Shown here piece by piece: positions 34,923 through 47,734 of a DNA stretch of 64,000 bases. Every line of letters begins with the position of its first letter. The stretch's first letter is position 1. The stretch comes from Vairimorpha necatrix (taxonomy: Eukaryota), in the NCBI GenBank assembly GCA_036630325.1, contig CP142728.1, forward strand, positions 62,001 through 126,000. The letters are read 5' to 3'. A program made the translations under genes and the position numbers. Under the pieces are notes generated by a model. That model was not told the DNA's origin. It saw only the letters and a list, made by a program, of their open reading frames with translations, and did no database searches.

Positions 34923-36452
34923 TTATTTTGTTCTGATATATGACCAATCATCGTCCAGTTCAAAAATTTCTTCTTCTTTCGTCTTTGTAACAATCTTTCT
35001 TTTGCAAATTTTCATGTACACAATAAAAAATACAATAATACCCAACATAACCAAAAATCCCGAAATCTTAACAAAGTGATTTTCGATAAACGAAATATTT
35101 GCCTGTTGAGTTTTATTATAGCTACTATTTGGTGTGATAGTACTTAAGTTTCTATCAATAACAGTATCATTTATAGTATTGGTCAAAACACTAGTATTAA
35201 AAGTCTCATTTAATTTTGTTGTACCAAAATTAATGCTTGACTCTGTAGTAAAAAAAATTTTTTTGAAAGTAGTCGTTTTTATATCATTAGACACTGAAGA
35301 AATATTAGAAATGTCTTCTACAGTATTTGTAATAGAATAATAATTTAAAGTCGACGTCTGTGTATTGTTTCTAAAAATAATTGTATTATTATTGTCAAAT
35401 GATGTATTATATATCGGATTAACAATAAAAGTACTTGTATTGGCATCATTAATAACAGAATTAGTTTCTAAAGTAGTAAATGGGCCAGTGTTATCATAAT
35501 TTTTAGTAGATGTTGAAGTTTCCAATTCATTACTTAAATAAGTACCATTAAAAAAACTTTGTATAGTAGTATTTGAAACATCATTTGACAACATGTTGTT
35601 AAATTGAGTAGTATTTTTATCATAATTAACAGTGGTATAGACGTTAATTTCATATTCAGTAGTATCATTATTATTATTAACAGAAGCAATATTCGATTTA
35701 TTATTAAAATCAGTAATATTGAAAGCATCACAAAGGTCCATAAAAGTAGTTTTATTTGTAAATTTAAAATGCTTAAAATCATAATTACTATCAATGCAAT
35801 CAGATTTGCTTATATGATTTTTATTTTCCTCTGCAAAATCAACAATCCTTTGTTTGAACTCTTCGTTTAAACATCTATTATAATAAGATAAAAACCCAAT
35901 GCACCACTTTTCATAAATATAAAGTCTATTATCTATACTATTAGTTTCAATACAAATCCCCTTATCAATTATCTCCCTCATGATCTGTAATAGAGAATCT
36001 GAATTATCGAGTTTGTCTTTGTGGCATAAACGAAATGAGTAGAAAATTTCAGAAGTTTTACGAACAACTATGTCCAAAAAATCATTTTCTGACTCACTTA
36101 TCTTATTATAAATTATGTAATCTTCTGAAGATCCATTTAAGTAATAAATTAATTTCTTCAAATAATATTTTTTATAAATCTCGTTTCTTTCATTAAATTT
36201 TGATAATGAATAGTACTTTTTAAGTTTACTAACAAAAAACACATTTCTAGTTAACGCTTCCCATACAAAGATCCCAAATTCCTTGATGATAGTTAAGGAA
36301 TAATTTTTGCCTGTTTTACTGTTTATTTTCAGATAGCATTCATTAGTATCGTAATTAAGAATTTCTCTTATTACGGCTGTATCGTGGATACTTGTTTTTA
36401 TTTTAACAATGAAAAATACTAACAAATTAAAATAATAGACTGGTGAATTCAT
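34923..36452 (-). CDS. Type I membrane protein with an N/T/S-rich mucin-like stalk
   Basis: CCCCAG(A)nATG start at 36452 (track ORF starts 36560); signal-like YYFNLLVFFIV; T/S/N-rich stalk; TM ISGFLVMLGIIVFFIVYM; acidic cytoplasmic tail. Confidence 0.85.
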   Translation of the reverse strand: MNSPVYYFNLLVFFIVKIKTSIHDTAVIREILNYDTNECYLKINSKTGKNYSLTIIKEFGIFVWEALTRNVFFVSKLKKYYSLSKFNERNEIYKKYYLKKLIYYLNGSSEDYIIYNKISESENDFLDIVVRKTSEIFYSFRLCHKDKLDNSDSLLQIMREIIDKGICIETNSIDNRLYIYEKWCIGFLSYYNRCLNEEFKQRIVDFAEENKNHISKSDCIDSNYDFKHFKFTNKTTFMDLCDAFNITDFNNKSNIASVNNNNDTTEYEINVYTTVNYDKNTTQFNNMLSNDVSNTTIQSFFNGTYLSNELETSTSTKNYDNTGPFTTLETNSVINDANTSTFIVNPIYNTSFDNNNTIIFRNNTQTSTLNYYSITNTVEDISNISSVSNDIKTTTFKKIFFTTESSINFGTTKLNETFNTSVLTNTINDTVIDRNLSTITPNSSYNKTQQANISFIENHFVKISGFLVMLGIIVFFIVYMKICKRKIVTKTKEEEIFELDDDWSYIRTK

Positions 36453-38499
36453 TTTTTTTTCTGGGGTTAATTTTCTGTCATATAAACAAATAATTAGTAG
36501 CGCCAAACAAAAAAAATAAATTAAATTTATTAGTAACTTGTAAAAGGTGTTTAATTTCATATAATGTTGTATAAACGAACAATTGTTTGATGATTTTTTT
36601 TTTATAAGTGTCTAAATAAAAGATATCGAAAAAGTTTACATCATTATGTTTATTTTTAGAAAAAATAAAATATCACGAATTTATATTTTGCTTTGTCATT
36701 CATTCATCATCGATATATATTATTAATTGATATATTATTCATTTATTTTGTGCTCCCTAAGAAAAAAATTAAAGCATCAAATACCAAAAACTTACGATGT
36801 CGGAAGAAATGTCGTAAGATAAATAAATTTCAAATATCATTAAGTCGATGGTTTTGTAATAATTAACTGATAAAAATTCGGGCGTTATAAAATAATAAGT
36901 TTTATATATTAAAGAAATCAAAATTTACAACTTTCTTATAATCTAACTATAATTTTCTCTTTAAACATAGATTTTATTTTTTTGCAGCATTTTAATTTTA
37001 TATGAAAAAATTTAAAAGATGGATTTTGAATTTTTAGAATAGTGTAAAACGCATTTAAGGAAAAGAACAAACGTGAAAAAAGGATAAAAATGCTACATAA
37101 ATAAATGAAAACACTTTCACTCAACTATTTGTACGATTATCGACATTTTATTTTAGCAAATTATCACTTATTACTTCGCATTAACTAAATAAGGGGTTAA
37201 TAAAACATTGCTTTACTTCCGTATAGTTTGGGCTAACATGTTTCTACTTCCATTTCTAGGTTTTTTAGCATAATGTCCTTTCTTGGTGTACTTTCTGCTA
37301 TACTTTAAACATAAATTATTCTTATAATTTTCTAAATTTTGTTTACGCTAAAAATCATCCATCTTGGTTTTTATCTCACCCCTTTTCTCATTTCGTTATT
37401 TTTACCTTCTTGTCTATCTCAAAAATTTCGGTATACTCTTGTTTAAATCTCTTTATAGTCTCGTCATTTAATTATTTGTTAGTAAGACCTATAATTCCTG
37501 CTCTTTCCATTCTTCTATTGATGTATAATGTTATACTTATAGAATGTTCAATGTTTTTCTTAAAGTTTATTTCCATTTGTTTAGTCATTTTTTCTCTATT
37601 GTTTTTTTGCCTCTGTTTTCTTCCGTTACTAATATGGGACCTAAACAGACCTTTTTAGCATAATCTTGTTCTCTTGCGAATTATATGCAAATTTGTCTTA
37701 AATAAATTCCTTGCCATATCCATAATATATTCTTCTGGGTATCCATCATTCTCTACCTACATTAAAAAATTTTCTTAAAGAAAAGACGTTTGCATCCTCT
37801 TTTGAATACTAAGCGTCCCACGCCCGCCATTTTAAGTAGTTCTGATAGAAAATCTTTTCTCTTTGACCGATTCATTTTGTGGAGCTCCTCTGTTTTACGG
37901 TCCCAAAAAATGAAATAAGTCAATTAAAACAACCATTTCCTTAATCTTAATAAAATATTTGTATTTTTTTCTAAAAGTAAATTTTTCGAGCCATGAATCG
38001 ATATTAACATGTTTTACTCCGTCCTGTTTAGTCATTTCTCACTTCATACCAGAACTAAAATTTTAAATGTCATCTGTGTAAAATCCCCCTTCATTATCTA
38101 ATTCTATCAAGATTTACAGTATTATGTATAAGATTAAGATTTGTTGCAATTGAGAGATAACTAGGATGGCAGTCAGAAGAAAGAATGGCCTGTGGTATCC
38201 TACCACTTAATTGTTACATTTCTTTTTTTTTGTTATTATAATATTTAACAAAAATGAATTTTCTAGAAAAATATTTTTTATAAATAAAAAATATGTAAAG
38301 AAGGGCACTACAAAAATTAAAATGAACAAGAATAATTATAACAACAACAAAGGCAACATGGGAACCACAAAGATGAGTTCTACCGTTAATAAACCATTTA
38401 AAAAATAAATTTACATCCGCTCCCCGTTGGAGCAATATTTTCGTTTGGCTCCCTCAATAGAGGGTACCACAGATCATGATAAAGGTTTATCACCTATTA

Positions 38500-38720
38500 T
38501 TTTTATGGAGTATTATGTTTCCAACCAGAACTTGTACGATATAAAAATTATTTTTATAGTGCTTTAAATTAACTTAAAGTCCATACCGTATCTTTAGCTT
38601 TATGTTCAGTTTTAGATGGAACTCTGTAGTTTCCCTTCTCCACAATACAGTTTCATCATATGTACTTGAACTCCAGGTCCACCTATTTTGCATACTTTTT
38701 TTAATATCTTCAAATATATT
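38500..38720 (-). mobile_element. Merlin/IS1595-like transposase fragment
   Basis: Minus strand reads CKIGGPGVQVH-(frameshift)-DETVL...KDTVW, equivalent to LGGPGIICQIDES...W in the 30 kb element. Confidence 0.6.
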
Positions 38721-38849
38721 CCCCAATCTCAAGCTTAATTATTAAAACTGAGTCATTTGACACGCACGTAAATTTATAATCAATCTATAATCTCTGTTAC
38801 AAAGGATCAAGAACATAACAAAAGATAAATTTTAAATGATTACTCAATG

Positions 38850-41350
38850 ACAAGTATAAAGCTGTTCTTTGCTTTAAAATCTCGTTTCGATTACTACAAA
38901 TAATCTATCTTTTCTTTTTTACGCAAATATCACAAGTTTCGCTACATCATAATCACAATATCCACGTTATTTTGTAAGACAAAAATCCCACTCTCTATAA
39001 TGTAATCTTTACACTTGCAAAGTCTTGAAAACATTAGATGTCTAAAATCATATAAATTTAATTTTGTCATTTGAAAGGTCTTTTTCAAAATAAAAATATT
39101 AAAATTTTGTTTTTTATGTTTTGCAGCACCTATTTTTGAAACCATATAGCAGAGAAGCACCCATTCTGTCAAAGATCTTCGTTAATTTCTTGATCGTTGA
39201 CACAAAATTTTAACCTTCTGTTTCATCTTTTTTTTATTGACACGTTACATAATTCGAGGTTTCTTAGATGTTTTTGTTACCTGGTCCTTCATATATTGTT
39301 AGTATCATTTTTACTAAATGTTAAATGTTTTCCTTTGATACTGCGGTGCTAAATTATTTCTGATCTGTATATTACAACTCGTCTTGGTTGTTTATGAAAG
39401 ATTTCTTTTTTTTTCTTGATCTAAGAATTATCATATTCTAATTTTTATGAACAGTGTGTTTAGTCTCTATTGCTTTTATTTGATATTAAATCTTTTTTAC
39501 TATTTTTTTCTTTTTCGATCCCTTTATGTATTTAAATTATCTGCTAAAACGATTACATTAATAATTATTTTCCTTTGTTATTCGATTGTAAAGCCAAATT
39601 CTTGTATGAATTTTTTCATGATAATAAATGATATTTGTAAAAGGGGCTGTTCCTAATTTCAGATAGTGCTTTAAGTTCTATCGTTATTGTTAGAAGAAAC
39701 CTTATACTACGTTTATCGGTCTCGATTTTTTTTATCAAAATAAACTAGCGTCTAAATTACACTATTTGTGTACCCTTTTCTGTTGGTACAAGCATATTTG
39801 ATGGTCATTGTAAGTATACACTTTCCTTCGTGTCTTCTTGCCATATATAGCTCTAATCCCTGTATCACATGCGTCTGTTCTTGGTCTTAATATTTTCTTG
39901 CTATCTACAATTTTTTTGTTGTTTTCTCTTCTTTTTCCCCACTTGCTATCTAAAAATGTACTTTCACTATCTTCGAACCATATTCAATTTACATCACTTT
40001 TTAGTGTTTTGTAGATCGTGCTGTCTTGAATGGGTAATTATGATAAAATTCTAACCAAATCTATCTGCCTCAAAGTTTTTGCAGGTTCTCTTGCGTCATT
40101 CTGACTTTTCCTTATGTTTCAAAATTTTATTTAATTAAATACTCTATCCAAAAATTAACTCCCAATAGTTTAAATTTTTCTTATTTGAATTGTGCTTTTT
40201 TGTGTTTATTTTCAGTCCACTTTCTATAAATTTTTGAACTAATTAATAAAAAATACCTTCTATATTGCAATCTTGAGCATTTATCCTAAAACATCAATGT
40301 AAACATCAACATAGTTGCTTCTTAGATTTTATTTTGTCTCCTAACGATCTTTGCGTAATCTAATATGAGTTTTTATCATATTTTTATGCTTTCCCCTCCA
40401 CATACACTGATTTTTACCGAAAAGGCAGTCTTATGTTTATGACGCTGCTCAATTTTTACATGAGAGAAGCCTTTCATTCAATATAAAACTGTAAATAGTT
40501 TAACTTTTAAGGCAATAATAATGTGCTGTTTCTAGTCATTCATATGAAAGTTTTTAAACTTATTTATACAAGCACATTATATTGCAAACTAATCTTATTT
40601 TCCTAGATGGTTTTTTTAAAGCTATTATGATACATTTCAACTTGCCCTTTGAATTTCTGTATCGCCCCGTAGTTTTAATAGTCTTAAACGCTCGTCTAAT
40701 TTTTTCGTGTATTAATAAAGAATTTTGTCCGCTCTTTACAACTTCATACTTAATTGTTATTTTTAAACATTTTTCTTCCGTCAAGCATTTTATTTTTTCT
40801 TGCTCTTTTCTTATATCTCTAAATACTTTCCTTTTAATACAAAAGTATAATTTTTATGTTTTTTCTAATATTTAGTGTTGTTAGACATAAACAGTATTAC
40901 AATTACCAAAATTCTAAAGAATTTTGTCATCATTGTTCTATTGTTTTTTTATTTACACAAATCCAACCTTTGATGATATCTCCAATTCAGACCCATCAAA
41001 GCAACATTTCTCTTCTTTTGTTTCGGAAATTTCTTTCTGTACTCATACTCTTCCAAACAATATTCCTTAAATTTCATTTATTTCATTTTATTTTATCAAT
41101 CCAATGTCCGTTTTAATTTTTTCTTACATCTCTTCATTTTGTCAACAACAACCAACTTCCCAATTTCATCAGTTATTATTCCAAGTTTTAAAATAGACAA
41201 TATATTTTTCTATTATCAGATACTGTATTATAATGCTCGCTTGTTTTAAAACCTGCTTTTACATTACTCTTCTTACATTATCATCATGCTCCATTATTCG
41301 GCCATTTTATATAAATTCCAGGCTCACTTCTTATACCAATTTCTTTTATG
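38850..41350 (-). mobile_element. Old degenerate Ty3/Gypsy relic related to the intact element
   Basis: Fragments KKPSRKIRLVCNIMCL (vs RKPNGEIRLVSNLMAL), VDVYID (vs VEVYMDD), KLLGV, KALSEIRNSPF (vs KALGEIRNKPDF) and IQEFGFTIE (vs IQEFDFVIE) occur in colinear order; boundaries approximate. Confidence 0.8.
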
Positions 41351-42172
41351 TTCGTCATGTTATGCATTTTTTTAATAATTTCTTCATTAATTGATCAATC
41401 TTACATATTGTAAATACCAATAACACCAGTTTTATTAAGGAGAAAATTTTAATGAGCTAAACAAGTCAGATTTATTTTATTTTGAAATATCTACAAAACA
41501 AAAAAAACTGTTTAAAGCTGGAAATTTATTACAAAAGCTCCAGCCCTAATAAAAATATTTTATTCATTTGATATCGTAAAAAACTAATAAAAAATATTGT
41601 GCATTTTTAGTAGTTAAAATATGTATTAAAAAGTGTATAATGTTGTAATACTGAAATTATAATGCCTAAAGCTTTTATACCGAGTGTTTAGATAACGTTG
41701 TCTCTGTCTTTGATTGTTTTTTATTTTTGCTCCATAATATAAGAAACAAGATTTATATCAAATTTTATAAACAATTCAGTTTTAAATGAGTTTTTTTTGT
41801 AAGTAAATTTTAGTACGTTGATTTAGTTTAGCGATAAAATGATCGTAGCTCGTTTTTAATACAATACAGAATTGACGTATCATATTAATTTTTCAGTTTT
41901 TAAACATATATATTAAAAAAATTATAACCTAAAGTAATTGTGTTCATAAATAACTTGAATTACATACGTCAGTTCTATTTTATTTTAACATATTAAAACT
42001 TTAATCATATATTTAGAGGACGTAAATTAAATATTAACTTTTTAAAATCATCCCAGAAATAAAGTTGTCGAACAATAACGAATTTCTGATTATAACTTAC
42101 GCTAGAGACATTTTTAAACGATGATTTAAATAGTTTACTAATTATTTAGAAATTCATACCCCTCTCTTATTG

Positions 42173-43724
42173 ATGAACAGAAAAGTTTTCCTACAAATTT
42201 TATTTGTACAAAGTAATGAACACATACTAAAACGACTAGAAAAAATTTTAAATAATGATATACATAATATAAATTATACAACCATAAACAAAAATGACAA
42301 ATATTTAATAGAGTACGTTAGTTATAATGAAAAGAACGAAGAAGTAATTTTTTATGTAGATGAAAATTTCTCTTTTAATAAAGAAAAAAAATTATCAATA
42401 AAATCTTTAAACTTTGAAAATCGACTTAAAAACATCTGTTTTTCTTCAAACAGAAAAAAAGATAATTCAAGAATACTAGTGTATGATAATACTGATAGTA
42501 CTCAGTATAATTTTTTTCTCAGAAAGTTGAAACAGAAGAATAAAAAGCAATATAAAAAAAATAAAAGCAGATACGAGATGATAATAGAAAAAAAACAGTC
42601 CCGAATATAATTATATATTTTCAGACTTCGATCAAAAAAATGATAAAGAAATAAAGTGGGTACAATGTAATGAGACATTTTATATCAAATTTTATATTCA
42701 GAATAAAAATCTACGTCATTATTTTACCATAAATTTAAACAAACTTGAACCTCAGAAACTTCATGAAATATATTTATATAAATATTTTAAAGAAGAAAAT
42801 TGCAATAAGCCGATTATTGAACATTCACTGAATTTATATGATTTTCATGACTTTATAGAAATGTATTATTTTCCTTTGAACAATAATACAAATAATAACA
42901 GTAGTATAATTGATACCAACTTTATATTTTTTAATATAGATACTTTAGAAGATGAAAAAATATCTAAACATGACAATCCTAAGACTTGTTGTCTTTTAAT
43001 AAATTTCAAGAATAATATTAGTATTTGTGAAAAAACTTCAAAAGAGTTAACTAGAATTAAAAAACTATGGATAAATATAACTCAAAAAAACGATAAAGAA
43101 ATTATGTTATTTTATAAACTAATAGAAGGGCATTGTCTAGTTGAATTTGTCCTTGAGAGAATTTTAAAAAAATCAGGTTCAGCAGTAAATATTATATTCA
43201 GTCGGCTCTGTGTTGAAATTAAGATAATTAATATGTGCAATTTTAAAATATTGACTGAAAAAAAGTCATTAATTACTACAGTACAAAAAAATATAATAAA
43301 TGGTAAAATACTGGCAGCAGTTCTTAAAATTCTACAATGCGAAGATGATGTGCGTTCATATCTTATAAAAATTTGTTTGTTTTTAGAAACAGACAATATT
43401 ATTTATTCCAAAGAAAAAACTCAAATTGAATTATTTAGAGAATTGAAGTGTATCTCAGATATATGCGTACAAAATGAAGACTCTAGCGGCATGGGCGGGA
43501 CAGATAATCTATTTGAAGTATTTACAACAATATCTCATCATTGTGAAATTTTATCAAAATATGCTAAAAAGACCTTTGATAATATCTGCGATGCATTTTT
43601 TTTACTTCAAATGGATGATGATAACATAGAAAAAATGGAGATCCAAGCAAACAAATTTGTTGATTTTCATTTTTTGAAAAAATTGCGTCAAAACTTATTA
43701 TCAAAAATGAAAAAAAATGATTAA
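42173..43724 (+). pseudogene. Family B paralog split by one frameshift in an A8 run (or a homopolymer sequencing error)
   Basis: The frame of the 42861 ORF is open back to 42588; deleting one A at 42588-42595 fuses both ORFs (about 516 aa); shares NETFYIKF/NENTYYIRL and LIKICLFLETD/LVKVCLLIETE with 47735-49678. Confidence 0.75.
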
Positions 43725-44639
43725 ATTATAATCTACACTTAACCATTTACCTATTTTTATGCATTGTTTTTTTGTAGCTATATTTTTAATGGTTGCTATA
43801 TGTGATAAAAAAAATGAATTCGATTTGCGCTTTTTTACATTTAAAACATAAAATTGGTTATGTATTGTACGTTGAAGCTTTCATACACATTCATTTGGTT
43901 TTCTCTGATCATATTTTATATGAATATATTTTTTAGTCATTGACAATATAGTAAAACTGAATACATTCATAGAATATTTATAGCTATAGTAATTTCTAAT
44001 CTCGTGCTTTTTTACGATATGATTCTGGCTGCTATTTTAGAATGGCCTTAGTAAGTAAATCAGAAAGCTTTCGTCAAAGAAATTAGACTTTTAATTTTTA
44101 CGCCATCACATAACAATTTATTGCACCTTAATTATCAGTCATTGGTTACAAATTAATCTTAAAGATATAAATCCAAAGTAAAAGATCAAATTTACATGTG
44201 GTCGGTCTTATTTGTTATGAAGAGGATTACATACATATCAATTTTCTTGTTTTTTATATTTATATCGACCCATAATGTTATTAGCTGTTATTTGTGCATG
44301 TAAAATTTTCGTTCTTTTATAAATTACGTTCTTTTTTTTAAATATTTCTATGAATTTAATAGATAGTATGAGAAAAAAATTAAATCATCATAAAAAGCAA
44401 TAGATTTATATGAAACGCCACACAGAGATATGTAATAGTTTACAGCAACTGTATTAAAACCACATATAATTTAGAACGGGTCTTTATATAATTTTTTCAA
44501 GGTCATTGTCTAAATTATTAGTCTAAATACAATTTGTTGTTTTCTGTCTATATTATTCAAAAACAATCCTTTAGTCTTTACTAGCTGATTTTAAGCTAAG
44601 TTCCTCGTGACACCTTTTAGTAAATAGACAACATGTAAA

Positions 44640-45180
44640 CATAAATAGTGTTTTTTAAGAGTTTTCGAGTTCTGGGGAAGGCTGGCCTTGGATAATTGCA
44701 TAGTGTGCACTCTTCCGCGGAGATCAACAATCAAAGATGGAATATTTTATAGAACAAAATTATTAAGAAGCAGCTCCATAAAGTGTGATTTAGTCAAAAA
44801 CTTATTATATTTAATTTATTGAAGCTTTTGTTTGTCAAATTTCCTTCATTTTACCCCCACTGAAATATATTCTACCTGGTCACACCACCTTTTAGCCACC
44901 TCAACTATGTTCTTAGTCCCAGACCCTCCTTAAGTGTGCCCCTGCCGGTGTTCGAAAGAGATGCTCTCCAGTGTCTTCTATATAATTCTCATTTAGAACT
45001 AAGCTTTGGTACTAGTAGATAGCTAGATGGTATTAACATAATTGCTGTGGTACGTTGTCATAGTTCCGCCCATCCCATGGGGTATGGTATAATTGAAGTT
45101 TATATTTGTACATTAGGCCCAATTCATTTGCTAAGATATCGTACTTTTTAGTTTTTCTTGTACTATGTTTTGTGTCAAAC
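44640..45180 (-). mobile_element. 3' fragment of an RLE-type non-LTR retrotransposon (different subfamily)
   Basis: Minus strand EKTKKYDILANELGLMYK...IIPY..WDG...KTLESISFEHRQG; elevated GC; boundaries approximate. Confidence 0.8.
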
Positions 45181-47734
45181 ATTTAAAATAATGTTTACAA
45201 AAAAAAATTTAAATTTATCTATTTTGCTTTATTATTTTTGATTATTCTAATGTACTGATCTATACTTAGAAGTGACTCCTATTTATAATCAAGCTCGTGT
45301 TATCAATAAAAAATTGAGATAGTCTATTAGTAGATATTTAATTATTAACAGGGTGGTCGAAGGTTTTATATATGAAATTTTCTATTGATACGCGCGATAA
45401 TAAACGACATGAGTTTGTTGTACATAGCTTTTTTATTTTCATTTAGGGGGCTTAATAGACAGGACATATCTGAAGTTGTAAGGATCGCTTTTTTCACCCA
45501 AGTCCTGTTTATAAACATTTAGATTTTCCTTTATTATTTCGATATACTTCTAATTGTAGTTCTACTTTTAGACCAAATTACGATCCGAGGAGATATAATA
45601 AAGAAGAGAATACGTATTAAATTTGAGACTTATGACTGCAAAAAAATATATTTTTCTCTAAACTTGTACTACTACATTACAAAAATCATCTAATTATTCT
45701 AAATCGTATGGAATATGAACAAACAACTTAAGTGACATTGTACTAGCCTTATTTTGGTAAAATTACTTTTGTCTGTACAGACTATATATTTATCTTAGAA
45801 TTTTCATTTTGTAGTTTTTATCTTAAGTTTATTCATTCGTGTTGAGTCATTTATGCTCCGATTTCAAATGATATAGTTGTACATGCAACTTTTTTGAATT
45901 CTAATGAATATTATTTTTTATTTAAAGTTTGACTAAATTCTCAACATTGTACTTATATATTATCTATTGACTATCATGAACTTGCTTATCATAATTTGTT
46001 CCTTAAAACAATTTTTTTTATAAATTTATATTGAAGTAATAAACCCCCGCTCTTTGTTGGTTACTTATTTAAAGATATGTATTTTTATATGTTCCTATAC
46101 ATTTATATTTTTAACAATGACGTATTATCGAATGTTAGCAATATGTACGTAATTATTTTAAGCCTCAATTCTTAAATTTAAACAATTTGAAAACGAATGT
46201 AAACCCTATTTTTTTCTAAAGAGAAAATTTGTATCTCATATGTTTAATTAGTCATTATTAAAAACAAAAATGCATTTAATAATTAGAACTGAAAACTTAT
46301 ATGTTCCGTGTATCTAGAAAATTCATTAAAAACGTGTTTATCAAATCGCAACGAGATGCGTCTATTCTTTTGTTACACAAAGTGTATCAGTGGATATAAA
46401 ATACGCATCTTTTTTTCAAGGCACGTTTATTGTTTTATACAGACCTGAGATTAATTTAATCTTGATGCGTCCAAATGTCTTTGATTTCTAACATATATGA
46501 TTATTGTTCGATGAAAAATTGCAATAGCCTAATAAATGGATTGACATAAAACTATAAAAATTTGTTTCACTTAACACGTTTGTTTTTACAACACTAAACT
46601 TTTTTGCAGTCTATTTAATTTTCAACAAATAATATCTTACAAAAAAGTTTTTTAAGATTTTATTCTAATCCTTTTATTAATTTTTTATTCGATCTATGGT
46701 TTGCTGAAATAATATAATGTTTATAGATGATTTGTTGCTCGTTGAATATTTAGAACAGATCGAATATGATCTTTATAATTAATTAGCAATAATTAAATCT
46801 AATTTTGAAGTACATAATATATAATTTACATATATTTGCACAATTATGTTACTTATATATTATTCTGCTTGTCTATTTTAATAATTGAAAGTAGAAATTT
46901 CCATATATAAAAATATCCCTTAAAGTATTTAGTTATTTATTTTTAAATTATACTCTCACTTTAACTTGTTATGTCAGTGGAAAGCCATTACATTTAACAC
47001 AATTTAATTATCTAAACATGGCAGATTAAAATGATGTATCGATATTGTAGCAAAAGTATTTTTTAAGTTTTATCATCTTTTATTAAAATTAAAGTTTAAT
47101 GGGCTAAGCCCATATTATTTTTTGTCAGCATATTTATATATAAATTGTAGAATGTGTTTAAAATTGTCGTTAAAGCTATATAAACAAATTAATATATATT
47201 TTTATTTCTGTTAACAATTTCCTTTAGTTCTCCTTTTTAATAAAAGGGTAGAAAATTAATAACATTCTTTGGTTATTCATATTGTAAAATTTTTATTAAA
47301 ATTTAACTTAATAATTTAGTTTTTAACATATTTGCCTGTCGCAATAATTTTTATAAGTTATGAATTTTTATTTTAACTTCATCAATGATTAAACATAACA
47401 TGTTGTTGATCGGTAGGATAAGTAAATGTTTTAAAATTCTATTAAAGATAGCAGAGTATAATGACGCCATTCTGACCAAATGTCAATCTTAGCACTATTT
47501 GTTTTTTTCGACATTAATTAAAATTGTAATAACAATAAAATAAAATTTAAAAATCCTGGCAGAGCTTGGGGACATTAAATAGTCTTTTATATGGCAAACG
47601 TAAAGCAGTTATGTCTCAATGAAATGTCTTCCCCTTCAAAATTAGAAGACGTCTATATATCAACTAATATTATTGATAATACATTACTAAGGTTATTTGT
47701 TTTTTTATAAAATTTTTTGCAATTTTTACCCCAA

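Noticed and set aside
37200-38100. Possible gag-like remnant on the minus strand (DSWLEKF, TGGTATGA PBS-like)
   Set aside because: Suggestive only; no zinc knuckle, LTR or continuous frame confirmed
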